Position numbers and translations under genes: made by a program
NCBI GenBank assembly: GCA_965649765.1
Contig: OZ287748.1
Coordinates: 52,266,001 to 52,330,000, forward strand
Origin: Bispira polyomma
Lineage: Eukaryota
Direction: 5' to 3'
Length of the DNA: 64,000 bases
The notes under the pieces: generated by a model
What the model was told of the DNA's origin: nothing
Databases searched by the model: none
Seen by the model: only the letters and a program-made list of their open reading frames with translations
Shown here: positions 40,001 to 52,617 of the stretch, piece by piece
How positions within the stretch are numbered: the first letter of the stretch is position 1
Layout of the letters: each line of letters begins with the position of its first letter

Positions 40001-40965
40001 TTAACAACACAAGAGGTCTACACAATTCACATAGGGACATCTACCTATTTGGAGGATGATACTTAATTTTCATGGTAAACTTACCTGTTTCCCATGCATA
40101 TGTTGATGAACTATGTGTGTATTTTTGACAACATGAGCCGTAAACACAAGTGGAAATCTTTTAGTTTGTGCGAGGACCCTGATGTTCTTTGGAGACCTGC
40201 CTATTTACAAATGTGCTCATGGGTTACATCACAAGGATTTATCCACACTGCCTCAGTTCTACGTCAGAGAAAAAATACTATTAGCTGTGGCACCTTAAGA
40301 CAACTTTTATTTTTTTCCCTACTCACTACTCACTATCTGGTGATAATCTATGAGCTGCCAACATCCCTGTTGTTTTATAAAATGTATAGTTTAAATATAA
40401 CAAGTACTGGTATGTATGGCATATATAATATCCTTTCATAATTACACAAAAAGATTAACATGGCCGCATACCAGAAGAGGGTAACTTTAAACTAATAAAT
40501 CAATAAAAACTGGGACTTTTAACGAATGTTTATTGTCAGTACCAGTGTTATTTATATAAATATTATCTCTAAGACCATATGTCTAAACTCCTATATTTCC
40601 TCCACTAATCACTACTTAACTAGTTAATCGCAAACTTATGGATAACCTCTGATACATTTTATCATATCAATCGGTTTGTGTACATTTATCTGGCAGGGTA
40701 ATTAATACGTAACTACACAATAAAGTTTAAAAAAACTACTAAATATTGGAGCTACCCCTTCAAATTGTGATTTAAGTTTTGACATAGTTGGATTTTGTTT
40801 TATAAAAACATAATTCAGTATTATTTCATATGAATGCTATAGAGGAATTGTATTCAGAAAACTGTAAAACACACAACGCAAAAAATAGCTTTTTTTATTC
40901 TCCAAACCAGAGAAACAGTTTATTCATGTGACAAGTTTGTGTTTCGACGCTTGGTATTCTATGTA

Positions 40966-41458
40966 CGGGGCCGTTTCGACACCCTCGCCTTCTTGAATCG
41001 GCATGGGGGGAGGGGGGCCATTTTGACACCCTCATATATTTGCATTGGTGCTTATTACTTGGCTTGGCCGTTTTAACACCCAAACAATAAATGTTTAAGG
41101 TTTATTTTAATATTATCAGCATTTCTTGCTTGATTATAACAAATAAGGTATCATTTTAAAGCTTAAAACACAGATATTTCAATATTATATAATTATAGCT
41201 GGTTTATTAAGTAAATCTCCATTAAACTGATTTTAATAATCAGCTATTTATTTTTTTTTAAATTTAAATTTCATTAAATTTATTTTAATTGAGATTTTCT
41301 GTGTATTTGTTCGGTCCATCAGTTGTACCTATGCCGGATTTCAGTTCCTTATGTTGTACACTTCAAAATGATACCTTATTGGTTAAAATCAAGCAACAAA
41401 TAGTGATTTTATCAGAATAAATCTTAAACATTTATTATTTGGGTGTCAAAACGACCAC
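40966..41458. mobile_element. Foldback/MITE-like element with ~97-bp inverted arms (41065-41161 and 41362-41457)
   Basis: TGGCCGTTTTAACACCCAAACAATAAATGTTTAAGG...ATAAGGTATCATTTTAAAG matches the reverse complement of the right arm; GGCCRTTTYRACACCC repeated three times on the left. Confidence 0.75.
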
Positions 41459-42592
41459 GCTAACAATGTAAGGTTCCCTTTTTAATTAAAGTGCATTATG
41501 AAATATTTTCTGTGTACTATACCTTTGTAAAAAAACTTATTTTGTTCCAAACAGCCTGGGTAAATCTTATATTATTTTAATCATTAAAAGGTGCAGGAAA
41601 GCAACAGGCTTTTGTAGAATTCTGCTTTAAAGACGACAAAACAGAATTTAATAGAGTATGTAAGAGTAATGTAATAGATTGATATGCACATAGGACGTTT
41701 GTAAACTGTGTCCATGTATCAGTAGTGGTGCGTTAATTATGTGCAATGGTATACTTCTGTTTGATCTATCAACAAATATGATTAGTGTTAATACGAGTCA
41801 TATATATTTTAAGAAAAACCACCAGTGGTCATCATTTTAAAGGTTGGTACAATTCACTTTTAGATAAAAACTTCACGTTAACAAACCTGGACATTTGTTA
41901 CGTATCTGTGAACGAAAACAAACAGGACATTTCTACATTTTTATGAGAACTCTTTTTACTATAATGTGCCACAATATTTGTATGTGTTTAATAAGTAACA
42001 CAAAAATGCTACCAGTTTTTTAACCCACAGATTTTCAAGTATTTTTTACGTAAGAAAGGTCAAGTAATTGGCATCCAATAATTCCTAAAAAAAAATTGGA
42101 ATTTCAAATAGTTTATTTAAAATTCTTATTATATGTATTTAGAGTTCCAAAAATAGTATTAAGAATTCCAAATATGGTATTTAGAATTTTCCAAATACAA
42201 ATTTAGAATTACAAGTATGGCATTTGGAATAAATATTTGGGAGCTGTAATTGAGATGGTATTTGGGAGCTGTAATTGAGATGGATTTGGAAAGATGTCTT
42301 GTTTTCTTGATATTTTATTTTTAGTTAATTCAGTTTAATCCTGTTCACTTGGGGCCTTGGATTTTAGAGCCAGTATCGTGAATGTTGTGTTCACTTGAGC
42401 CAAATTCAATTTACTCTCCTGTGACGTGATGTCAGTGTGTTAATAGAATGAATGTAAAGTGTAATTTACCGTGTGGATTTGATGTGTTCTTACAATGCAC
42501 CCATATACACTAATACAACTTGGTTCATTGTCAATAGTATTAGAGATTTGCCCACGACAACGTCCGCATACAGAGTCTGTGTTACACATACA

Positions 42593-42861
42593 GGGCCCGT
42601 ATTCACTAAACTTCTTAAACTTAGAATAAAAAAATTTGGCAATTCTTATATTTGGAATTTTTTCTTATTCTTAGAAAATTTTCTAAGAATGAGCTTTGAT
42701 TTTAAGAATGGTAAAGGCCGTATGTAAGTTAAGAACAATACATGGCATTCCTATGTATTTCTATTCACAATTATTAGCTAAGAAAATTCTTACACTAGAA
42801 ATTTTTTAAAATATAAGACTGATTCTTATTCTAAGTATAAGAACTTTAGTGAATACGGCCC
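42593..42861. mobile_element. MITE with long TIRs (Harbinger-like termini)
   Basis: GGCCCGTATTCACTAAACTTCTTAAACTTAGAATAA vs reverse complement GGGCCGTATTCACTAAAGTTCTTATACTTAGAATAA; internal TAAGAA/TTCTTA motifs. Confidence 0.85.
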
Positions 42862-44116
42862 TCCCATTACTGTAGAGTTAACATTGGTCTAGTGTTAGCC
42901 ACTCCACAGTTTGAGCACACCCTGATAGTTGTGTGGATCTCACCATGTGTACTATAGACGTATGCTAGATGTGACACCAGTGTACACCAGTACACTTCGT
43001 CCAGCCATGCCTCCCAAACTTGTTCTTCTAAAATCTTCCTATTGGCACATCCTGCAGAAGGGGTAGGAAATGGTAGAAAATACAAAAGCGTATTTATGAC
43101 ATGCCAGAATAAAATATGGCAGAAAACATTTGCCCAGGTAAAATAAACAAAAGTTTTATTTCATTTTGCCCGGACAAACTTAAATTTAACTTTTATTTTG
43201 CTTGGACAAATTATTTTTAACATTTTTCTTTACTGTGTCCTGAATACGCTTCCGTAGTATTTCCATGCCACCATGCAACCGTTTACATGATAAAGTTTGG
43301 GAGTTTGTATAATTCTGTGAATTTTAACTGTAGAATTATAAGAAAATGTCAGATCAAATCGTTTATTTATTCTTTTTATTTCATAAAGTATTTGACACAA
43401 ACTATTATTCTTCATTACTTTGTGACATAACATCTAAGTATAATATCCATTTAGCTCTATTTTTATGGCGGACAATTTATATTTTACAAGACAACCTACA
43501 ATGCAATAATTCATATTTCCACAGCGGGCTGTCCTCATCTAGACAAGGACTAGAGGCCTAATAAAGTCATTAAATAAAGGCCTCACACCCCTCTGTCTCT
43601 TTAATTGACTTCGGGGCTGTAATTTATGGCGAACCACACATGTTTTATTTTCATTTTAAACCCCTGTTCTATCCTGGGAACCGTCTGTGAGCTGGGTAAC
43701 CGTAAGATGGCGCTTGTACAAGCCTCAGGTACAACTTGTCCTTGTGTGGACATAATGTACCCATATAGTAGTCCAGGCTCCTTGAGATATGGCCCTTCAC
43801 ACGTACTGGTGTTCTAACCGCTAAGGCCCGCCTACAGTAATTAAGGTACACCACCCACTGTTTGTCTGGTAATCAATCTTTAAAGCTTGCTTTCTAATAT
43901 GTTATCGATATACTGGTCTATTTAATGCGTCATTTTGTTGTCAATATCACAATATTTATGTTAAAATTTCAGGGTGGACTTGAGTTTTCACAAAGTATGG
44001 GACAAACTAAAGAATATTGACCAAAACCCAGTTGTACTAATGTCTACCATATGTGACATGTACTAGAATGAGAGGGTTTTGTATTGAGTGGGTACCAGAT
44101 TCAAACTGACCTGGTT

Positions 44117-44743
44117 CACAGTCAGACATTACATCATTAACCACATTGTACACATCAAACAAACTCTGTACAGGGTCATCACAGTCAAACATTACACCAA
44201 TAACCACATTGTACACATAAAACAAACCCTGTACAGGGTCAATACAGTCAGACATTACACCAATAACCACACTGTACACATAAAACAAACCTTGTACAGG
44301 GTCATCACAGTCAGACATTACACCAATAACCACACTGTACACACAAAACAAACCCTGTACAGAGTCATCACAGTCAAACATTACACAAATAACCACACTG
44401 TACACACAAAACAAACCCTGTACAGGGTCAATACAGTCAGACATTACACCAATAACCACACTGTACACATAAAACAAACCCTGTACAGGGTCATCACAGT
44501 CAGACATTACACCAATAACCACACTGTACACGTCAAACAAACTCTGTAGAGGGTCATCACAGTCAAACGTTACACCAATAACCACATTGTACACACAAAA
44601 CAAACCCTGTACAGAGTCAATACAGTCAGACATTACACCAATAACCACACTGTACACACAAAACAAACTCTGTACAGGGTCATCAGTCAGACATTACACC
44701 AATAACCACATTGTACACATAAAACAAACCCTGTACAGGGTCA
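44117..44743. repeat. 63-bp minisatellite, about 10 copies
   Basis: CACAGTCAGACATTACACCAATAACCACACTGTACACATAAAACAAACCCTGTACAGGGTCAT repeated; 21-aa periodicity in ORFs. Confidence 0.97.
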
Positions 44744-46080
44744 CTACATCCTTAACAGTCCCAAATATTAAGTTCATCTTACAAACCATTATTAATGAAT
44801 TAGGCAAACATTATCGTTTTTTATCCTGTGACATTACCTAAAGGCTCATGTACACTATCAGGTTTACATAATGTAGTGCCACTGGTGCTTATCTATATAA
44901 TATTAAATCCATTAAAGGTCTTGTAATCCCTGTGGCAAATCACACTCGTGGGGACACAAACCACAAATATGTATCGCAAATGGTACGATCGTACATAGCC
45001 AGATGGTAGTTGTGGAGACGTCCACCTAAATGTGTCATCAAAATACCTAGAGGAGCGTGGAGTAACGCCAGGTGTCGTCTTTGGAGTGTTTCTGCTTGAC
45101 AAGACCAAGTCATGGTCAAGGTTTACATTCACAGTCAGAACGAGTCACCTCCAAGAATTGTTAAACTAATATCAAAACATCTAAGAGGCTAGAGAAAAGC
45201 CGTCGGTGTGGGGGGTTCCATGTTGAATGTTTTCCACTGGACTCTTCACAGTTGTAAGGGTGACTATACAGGTCAATGATTTGATGTATGATCAGAACAC
45301 CTTTAGAAATGGAGACACTCTTAGATAACCTTTGGAGATTTTATATTTAGCTAGTACATTCTATAACAGAATACATGTGTAAGCAAGCCTGGTGTGTACT
45401 GTGAACATTGGTATTACTGTAGAACAAAGCAAGTGCATCCACTCATTACAACATCTGTACAGAACGGTCTTAGATAGCAATCTTAACAATATCTAATTTT
45501 ACAGCCACTTTTTGACTGATAAGGTTGATATTGCTGTGGTTAATAAAACTGTCAGAGGGGGAGTTTGTGTAGTTAATTACAGAGCCATGGTAGATGAAAG
45601 TAGAGCAGATGTGGATGTAAACAGTAACCTGGTGTTACGTCTTAACCTGTTATTACAGTCCTACTGGACAGTAAAATGTCGACCTGTAACTACTGGCCCG
45701 GATTGCTACCTCTACACTTTCTTACAATAATAAACAAATGTTGTTTGTACATTATAGCAGTGCTTTTTAGCTGTTTAATGCTAACTAGCAGTTTGTAGAG
45801 ACCAAATGGAACCCGTCTCTCGACATATGTTGGGCTTTGTTCAGGGAGATTTCTCCCGATTGTTGTACAGTTTTATAGTTGATTGTTTACACTTTATTGT
45901 TCACATCTGTGTTGTCGTGTTCTAGATAGTTGAGATACCAGGGAGAGACTTGTACCACTTAGTCTGTACATACCAAAGAGCCATCAGTTTAGTGTCAGCT
46001 AATCTCAGTCAGGTTATGACACTTCTACCAGGTCAGGTATTGTCATTACATAGTAAATCCTGTTCTATCTGTTATTACAG

Positions 46081-46236
46081 GAAATCACTTCACTTCAGCA
46101 GGACATCAATGGATTAAAACTGTAGTCTAGTTACAGTCAGTGTGGGATAGAGCTAAACCAAGACAAGAGGGATTACCACTCCTACATGGATTATTGAGGT
46201 GTTTAACCTTCATGGATGGTAATGACAAAGTCACGG
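46081..46236 (+). other. Candidate non-coding (5' UTR) exon
   Basis: Acceptor CCTGTTCTATCTGTTATTACAG|, donor CGG|GTGAGT; same strand as and upstream of the protocadherin; no transcript evidence. Confidence 0.35.
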
Positions 46237-46942
46237 GTGAGTACACATAAGTCGCACTAATCCCCTGTTAGTTACAAGCCTAAACTCATGTGTGTGTGAA
46301 GAGTTACTAACTCATTGTAATGTGATTTCGTAGTCAGAATAGCGTAACTTAGAATGTCCACATCTGACCACAGTTTTACACCCACGTCAAACTGTCCACA
46401 ACATTGATATGTGTGAGTCCTCACCAGACAGCCATGAGGAGGGGGGTTTTGAGGGTTTTGATGTGAGAAGCTTGCACTCCAGAAATCATTTATTTGACAT
46501 ATTTCCGAAAGTTAGTCTTGGTATTTACGCATATAAGCATTTTTATTGAAAAAAAAGCTGTCTTATAATGTACATATTTATAAGGTCAGGTTCTCTCCCT
46601 CAAAACCGTGTCTTAGAATGAATTAATACTCCCCTTAGATAACTGCTAAGGACTTATTAATACTCCCCTTAGATAACTCCTATAAGGACTTATAGCTCCT
46701 TTTAAAAGAGATCAAACATTAATTGCACTTCCTAAGTTGCACTATATAAAGTATATAAGGGTAATCTCATTAGCATTTAATTCAGTGTTTATAGATTTAC
46801 ATAGTATTACAAGAAGGAAATTATAAAAAAACACTAGAGGTGGTCAAAAAAGGTGCTATGATAGATACATGTATACTAAAAAGGTTTCAAGAAAGTCCTA
46901 CATTACTTGGGAATGTTCTCAAAGAAGAGGACGTAATTTTAC

Positions 46943-47081
46943 GGGTACATTACCCACAGACATTTTTATGGTTATTATTTATTATTTTATTATTATCGTG
47001 GGCAAAGTTCCTCCCCTGTAAAAATTGTTGTGGGCAAAGTTCCTTGTGGGCAAGGGTTCTGTGAGCAAAGTTCCGTACACC
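46943..47081. mobile_element. Small MITE-like remnant with GTGGGCAAAGTTCC subterminal repeats
   Basis: Four GTGRGCAARGKTYC-like motifs on the right and an inverted-like ACATTACCCACA on the left. Confidence 0.45.
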
Positions 47082-48730
47082 TCTTAGAATAGGGGAGAAC
47101 TTCAGTGAAAGTTGAACTCATTTTCCTTTGTTGTTTCAGAAGACGAGTTTGAACTCCTTGTCCGTTACATGAGCACATAATGAGGGGGTTTGTCAGCAGA
47201 CACAAACTTTAGTAAACCAAGGAAATCCTATTGCTGCACTATTTAAATTTAAAGGCTTAGGCAATTCTAGCATTTTGGGGGATTGCTTATTGATTATATT
47301 GGTCACCTTTATCAAACCCCTGCTGTAAGCTGACAGAAATCACGTGTCGAGTGAAAATGGGATTTTGTCCGCACATAATTGTCGATGCTAAACTTTAAGG
47401 ATTGCCTGCTGAGTATTTTGGTGTCAGCACATCTGTTCATGTCTACCTCGGCTCTAGAACCATATAAACTAGGCAGTGAATGATTCTGGGGTTTTTTTTT
47501 TTTGTTAATAAATAAAAATCGTTCCATTGTATTAACACTGGGAAACATTAAATAAACAACTTTGACAACTAACGCCGATGGTATCAGATAACTGACCATT
47601 AATGCAGATGTAATCAGGCCTTAAACAATGCCGACACTATCAGTAACTTTGTACACACCTGCGTAATGAGTGTACATTGGTGTATCTGTCGCAAGTGGTG
47701 TAAGGAGTCGTTCTAAACACCAATTAAAATCGAGGTTTTCCTAATATGTCATTGAGTGGTTTTTTTTATCTGTTGCCACTGTTTCCATTGTCTTTGTACA
47801 AAAAGTGAGGTGGGAGACCCAGCCCATTTATCTTGGTGGTGTGTGATTGGAATCCTTTTCTATCTTGATCAGAATCTGGGCAAAAGAGTGCTCTTCCCTT
47901 TCAAGTGCCCAGCTGGGGAATATTATGTAATGACATTATAACATCTATTGGAAATTGCAATTCACTCTGTAGCTCGGGGTGACCTTCCCCGAGGGTGGGA
48001 CCACTTGAGGAGGGCTTTAACTTCCCCACTGTCGCTAAAAATACCCCTGTGTGGGTTGTGTACAGTTAGTGTAAGTATTCTACCACACACTCCCCTCAAC
48101 CCCGCCCATAGACGAGAAGTTCAGCCGGTTTTAACTGAGCTGACACATGGGTCTTCTAATGGAATAACAGTGTGGACACCTTGTTAGTATGGGCGCAAAT
48201 CACCAGTATTTAGACAGGGCAATGTGTGCATATCAAGTGGAGTTTTAATTGGATGTTGATTCTGTACATTAGTCAGCTTGTGAATTGTGTGTGGTTGATG
48301 TGGGTTCTCGATTCTAGGCACAAAGGTCTCCCCACGTGAAGCTTGAGAAGAGGCAGAGTGTGAGAGGGACTATATTTTAGAACCACTACTTTGTGTGTAC
48401 AAAGGCTGTCCAAACATTTGTCTGTGGAAACATCACACAGCCTTCTGTACACACCAAGAGAAAGTTAGCTTCTGAGGTAAGGGACATGATTGTATTTTAA
48501 CAATATCAGAGAGTTCTATCTGTGGAGAGTGATTGGTAATTATAATATGAGAAATATATGTAAAATAATCAAACATGTGAAGCTTGAAGTCTAGCAATGG
48601 CACCAGGAGATACTGTACTTTGTGGAGAATGTCTGGTCACGAGGAATATTCCACTGCAGTAATACAGGAGTATAGGGTCTGCATCTGACAAATACATCCA
48701 TATCTGTGTAGAAGTTTGTTCAGTTCGGTA

Positions 48731-49000
48731 CTACTACCCTGTGCATTATGGGCACAGGGCAGCAATATGGACATACTCAAAATTATGTCTGATTTTGTTT
48801 ATTTTTCCGGATGAATGTTTCTATTAATTAATTGTATTATTTACAACAAATATAATATTATGCCACTGAACACCAACCCATTACTGACAAAATTACGTTA
48901 TTCTTGAAAAATGTTAGTATGCCTATATTGCAGCGTTACTCCCATATTGCGACCCTATGCCTATATTGCGGCCCTATGCCCATAATGTCCAGGGTAGCAG
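48731..49000. mobile_element. TA-flanked MITE (Tc1/mariner-type TSD), 270 bp
   Basis: ~45-bp TIRs CTACTACCCTGTGCATTATGGGCACAGGGCAGCAATAT vs reverse complement CTGCTACCCTGGACATTATGGGCATAGGGCCGCAATAT; TA on both sides. Confidence 0.88.
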
Positions 49001-49082
49001 TAGTACATTCATAATGGATCACCATTAAAAAGGGAAAAATAACTTAAAGAAAACCAGAGTAATCAATGAACTAGTAAGTGTA

Positions 49083-49319
49083 CTGGTGCTGTAACGGTTA
49101 AGACCCACGATCAGTTAAGGCCCACCCTGAATTTAATTGTTAATATCTCCGAGAAGCATTGATATTTTTACACAAATAATGTTGTATTGAAAATAAAACA
49201 CCACAGTAAATGGACAGGTGTATTAAAAATATGTTAAAAAGTAATATTTAAAGATTTATCTCCACTAAAACAATGGGTAGGCCTTAACTGATCGCGAACT
49301 TTAACTTTTACAGCACCAG
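49083..49319. mobile_element. TA-flanked Tc1/mariner-type MITE, 237 bp
   Basis: ~45-bp TIRs CTGGTGCTGTAA...GATCAGTTAAGGCCYACCC; TA on both sides. Confidence 0.88.
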
Positions 49320-51742
49320 TAGTTTATTTGAGGTAGGGTGTTTTCTTATTCTTATTTTAAAAGGATATAAGAGGAATTCAAATGATTTTGTAAAACAATT
49401 GGATTTGGAAAGAATTCCAATCCTTTTGTTTTTACCCCAAACCATTTAAATCATCCAATTCCTTTTCTGTCTTGTGTATTTTTGTAGTTACATTTTGTAT
49501 AAATTTATTATTTTAGACAACTGATCATGCAGTATTATTTTGGACAAATGGTGTAATTTTTTAGTTATAAATAAATTCAAGGAGTGATTCAATATTTTTC
49601 ATAAATACCATCATACTGAATTAGTTTCAAGTACTTTTAAGAAGATAATAAGAACATCCGTAAAAGGTTAAGTATTACCGTTTACTTGCTTTGATCATTT
49701 AAGGGGTTTGTAATTTCTTTAGGAAAAAAAGGATGTGGCTTTCGATTTATATTATTTTACAACTGGAAGTATTTAATTTGGATTTAAAAACTTTAAAAGG
49801 ATTTTGATTTAAATGCTTTCAAAACGACTTGAGCCTTTATTTGGCTGTACACATACCTTTCTGTGAAAAACGTACACATTTTATGGCTATTCTATACCTG
49901 ATGACAATTATATGACTGTACATATATATAAATATAATAGAATATGTGTGACTCGCATCTACGCCAGTTTAACTTTTCACATACACAGACACTGACGGAT
50001 GACTATACCACATTCTGATATGTGAACATGTACAAGTGTATCTATACAATTCAATTTCTATGATGTACATAAAACACTCTCACTTTCAACATACACAGAC
50101 TGTGCGATATCGCACAAGTCTATTTCACCCCTTTACAGTAATTTGTCCAGTTTGTATTATGAAGTGTATTGTTGTGCCAAAGTCTCATTGAATAGCAGAT
50201 TATTTCTCTTCCTGATTTATGATGGATTCCCTTTTATGACGTTTAAAGTTAACTTGAAGTTCAAATAACACACTTTTGGAAAAGTTGAAGACTTACATAT
50301 ACATGTATTATACATTGATTTTACTCCTGATATCCACATTGTTAAGACTGATGTAGGCCTCAAGTACTAGAGAAAAAAAACTCGGGTCTTTTCTCCACAG
50401 AAACAAATTGAGGACTTTTTCCAAGAAGGCTTCTCTCTCCATAGCGCTTTTCTCCTGCACCCCTTTAAACCAAGGCAAACAGATGAGTGTACATCTTAGT
50501 CTGCTTGGGGACTGTCTCATCCAACTTCCCATTAATTTTGGTTTATGAACCATAGTTAAAGAGTGATGAAACCAGTAGAGTCGGTGAACTGTAATAAGAG
50601 GACAATCCTTGTTTTAACAGAATGAATTACTGGTAACATTCATCACTGTGACAGATTAGGCTTAGTTTTATTGTTTTATCCCTAAATAACTAGAAGTAAA
50701 AAGTTTAGTGATCTACCACTATCTGTAGCCAGCTTTATCAGTCTGCCAGATCCTGTGTTGTGGGTCAGTGGTGAATACTGAATGCTCTGGGAGATGGAGT
50801 TTGTTAACAAATTGACTTTTCTCCTTCAGACGACCCAATAAAAACTACTGGAGCCATTTGACAAATTATTTTCAGGGAGGATTCTAAAAAGTGGATCACC
50901 AACTTATCAACATTTGTGATCAGTTAAGCAGGCTTAAATAATTTAATAAATCTCCTATTTCTTTAACTAGAGGACAGACCTGGTTATTGATCAGAGCTTG
51001 CTTTGAACCACTTCATTGGTATTCACTCTACCTGTCTCACTCTGTAACAGAAAAAAAAAAGTTCAAGTGACTTCCTTGGAGACTTTAAACAGTTATGTGT
51101 TCAAGGTTTCCTGATTGGTAACAAGTCCAGGATGGCAGTTTGAAGGAGTTTGAGTCAAAGTTAAAGCTGGCCACATGTAGAGTTTGTCAGTGTGTTGGAG
51201 CTCAATACCTTGCCTCTCAATAGAATGGCGTGCAAAGATCGGGCAGAAGAAAGTACCTTCCATCAAGATATTAAGTGCTTTTAGACATAACTTGTGAAAA
51301 ATTGCAAAAATGCCTGAAAAAGGAGTATTAGCTCTGTTCATCGATAATGTTAATCGTGGCTGCAGCTTTAGCAGAGTGAAGTGGACAAATAGGAAGACCT
51401 TTGTGCTTTTTTGAATTTACATGCAGTGTTGTTATTCACTACCATTTAACTGTAATCTGAAAATATTGACAGTCACAAATGACAGGTTCTGCAGCCCTCC
51501 TGGTAAAGGGGGTGTTTTGTCTCAAGTAACACGGCCACCCTTCAGGATTTCAGAGCCAATTGTTAATCACTGTAAAAATGGTCCAGATCTATGGAGAGTG
51601 GTGCATCAGGAATTCATACAAATAAACTATATGACATTGAAGACGAGTTAATACTTTGACGCTAATTTGAACATGGATTTTTTGCACACTTTATTTGTGA
51701 AAAGCTAAATAAAACCTACATAATAAAATCATCTCTTTTCAG

Positions 51743-51880
51743 GATATCTACATAGCAGAACTTAAAGAGTTCTGCCAAACTGAAGTCATACATGTGGGAG
51801 CACTTTTGAGTGAACATTTGTGCTATTTGGTGGTTAATGTGTTGGTGAATTTAGACGTCTGAAGATTTAAACTGTGGCAG
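51743..51880 (+). other. Probable 5' UTR exon of the protocadherin
   Basis: Acceptor ATCTCTTTTCAG|G and donor CAG|GTATGA; the coding exon starts at an acceptor (52603), so an upstream exon is required. Confidence 0.6.
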
Positions 51881-52617
51881 GTATGAGTTTACTTTTATCA
51901 TAACGTGTAACTGTTGCGAGCAGTTGAACCATTTTAGTCCCTGTCTGCAGTCTATGCAGAGATGAATTTTGCTCCTAATATGATCTTTTATTCAAATTTT
52001 CCGTGTAATATGGGAATCTTGTTAAAGTAGAGGTATTTCTTTTACTGTTTGAGATTTGACTTAAACTAGTTCAGCTGTAATTGATTGTCCTAATTAATTA
52101 AAAACAATCCAATCTTCCCTAAATAACCTTTCACTATAATACACCTACACAAGAGAATTACTCTATAGAATTGCTTTTTGTTTTGTGTTATTTTGTTCCC
52201 TTTTTCTCCTACACTATGCTTACTTTGTAGAACTCGATGAACTGGCCAGAACTCTTTCTGCCAATATTGTAGAGGTTTCTGTAAGTGTGGGCCATGTTTG
52301 TCACAGGACTTAAGATAACAAAACCAGTGTCATATTTTCAGACCGTCTGAGAGTCTTTGTAAGTGATAGTGTTTACAGAAAACTAATCAAGTGAGAATAC
52401 AAAGGCGGACCATAGCTTTGTCCGATCACTTTGATCAAGAGCAAATACTGAACGGTTTCCCCTTATTACTTATACATACATGCCGTGGAGATATTTGTCT
52501 TCAAATAATTTTCACATTTACATGTATATCAAATATTTTGAGGAGTTTTTTGTGACATTTGATGTGTTTAGTGCAATATAAGTGTGAGAAATGTGTTTTT
52601 CAGACAGTGTTGGTATC

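Noticed and set aside
44037-44841. 209-aa and 153-aa repetitive ORFs
   Set aside because: 63-bp minisatellite artefact
1-52590. Clustered-protocadherin-style array of variable ectodomain exons
   Set aside because: No other cadherin-like ORF or recognisable fragment upstream; only one ectodomain exon in the window
52591-52617. ATG at 52591 as the protocadherin start
   Set aside because: It lies within the polypyrimidine tract of the acceptor at 52603; ATG 52618 directly precedes the signal peptide
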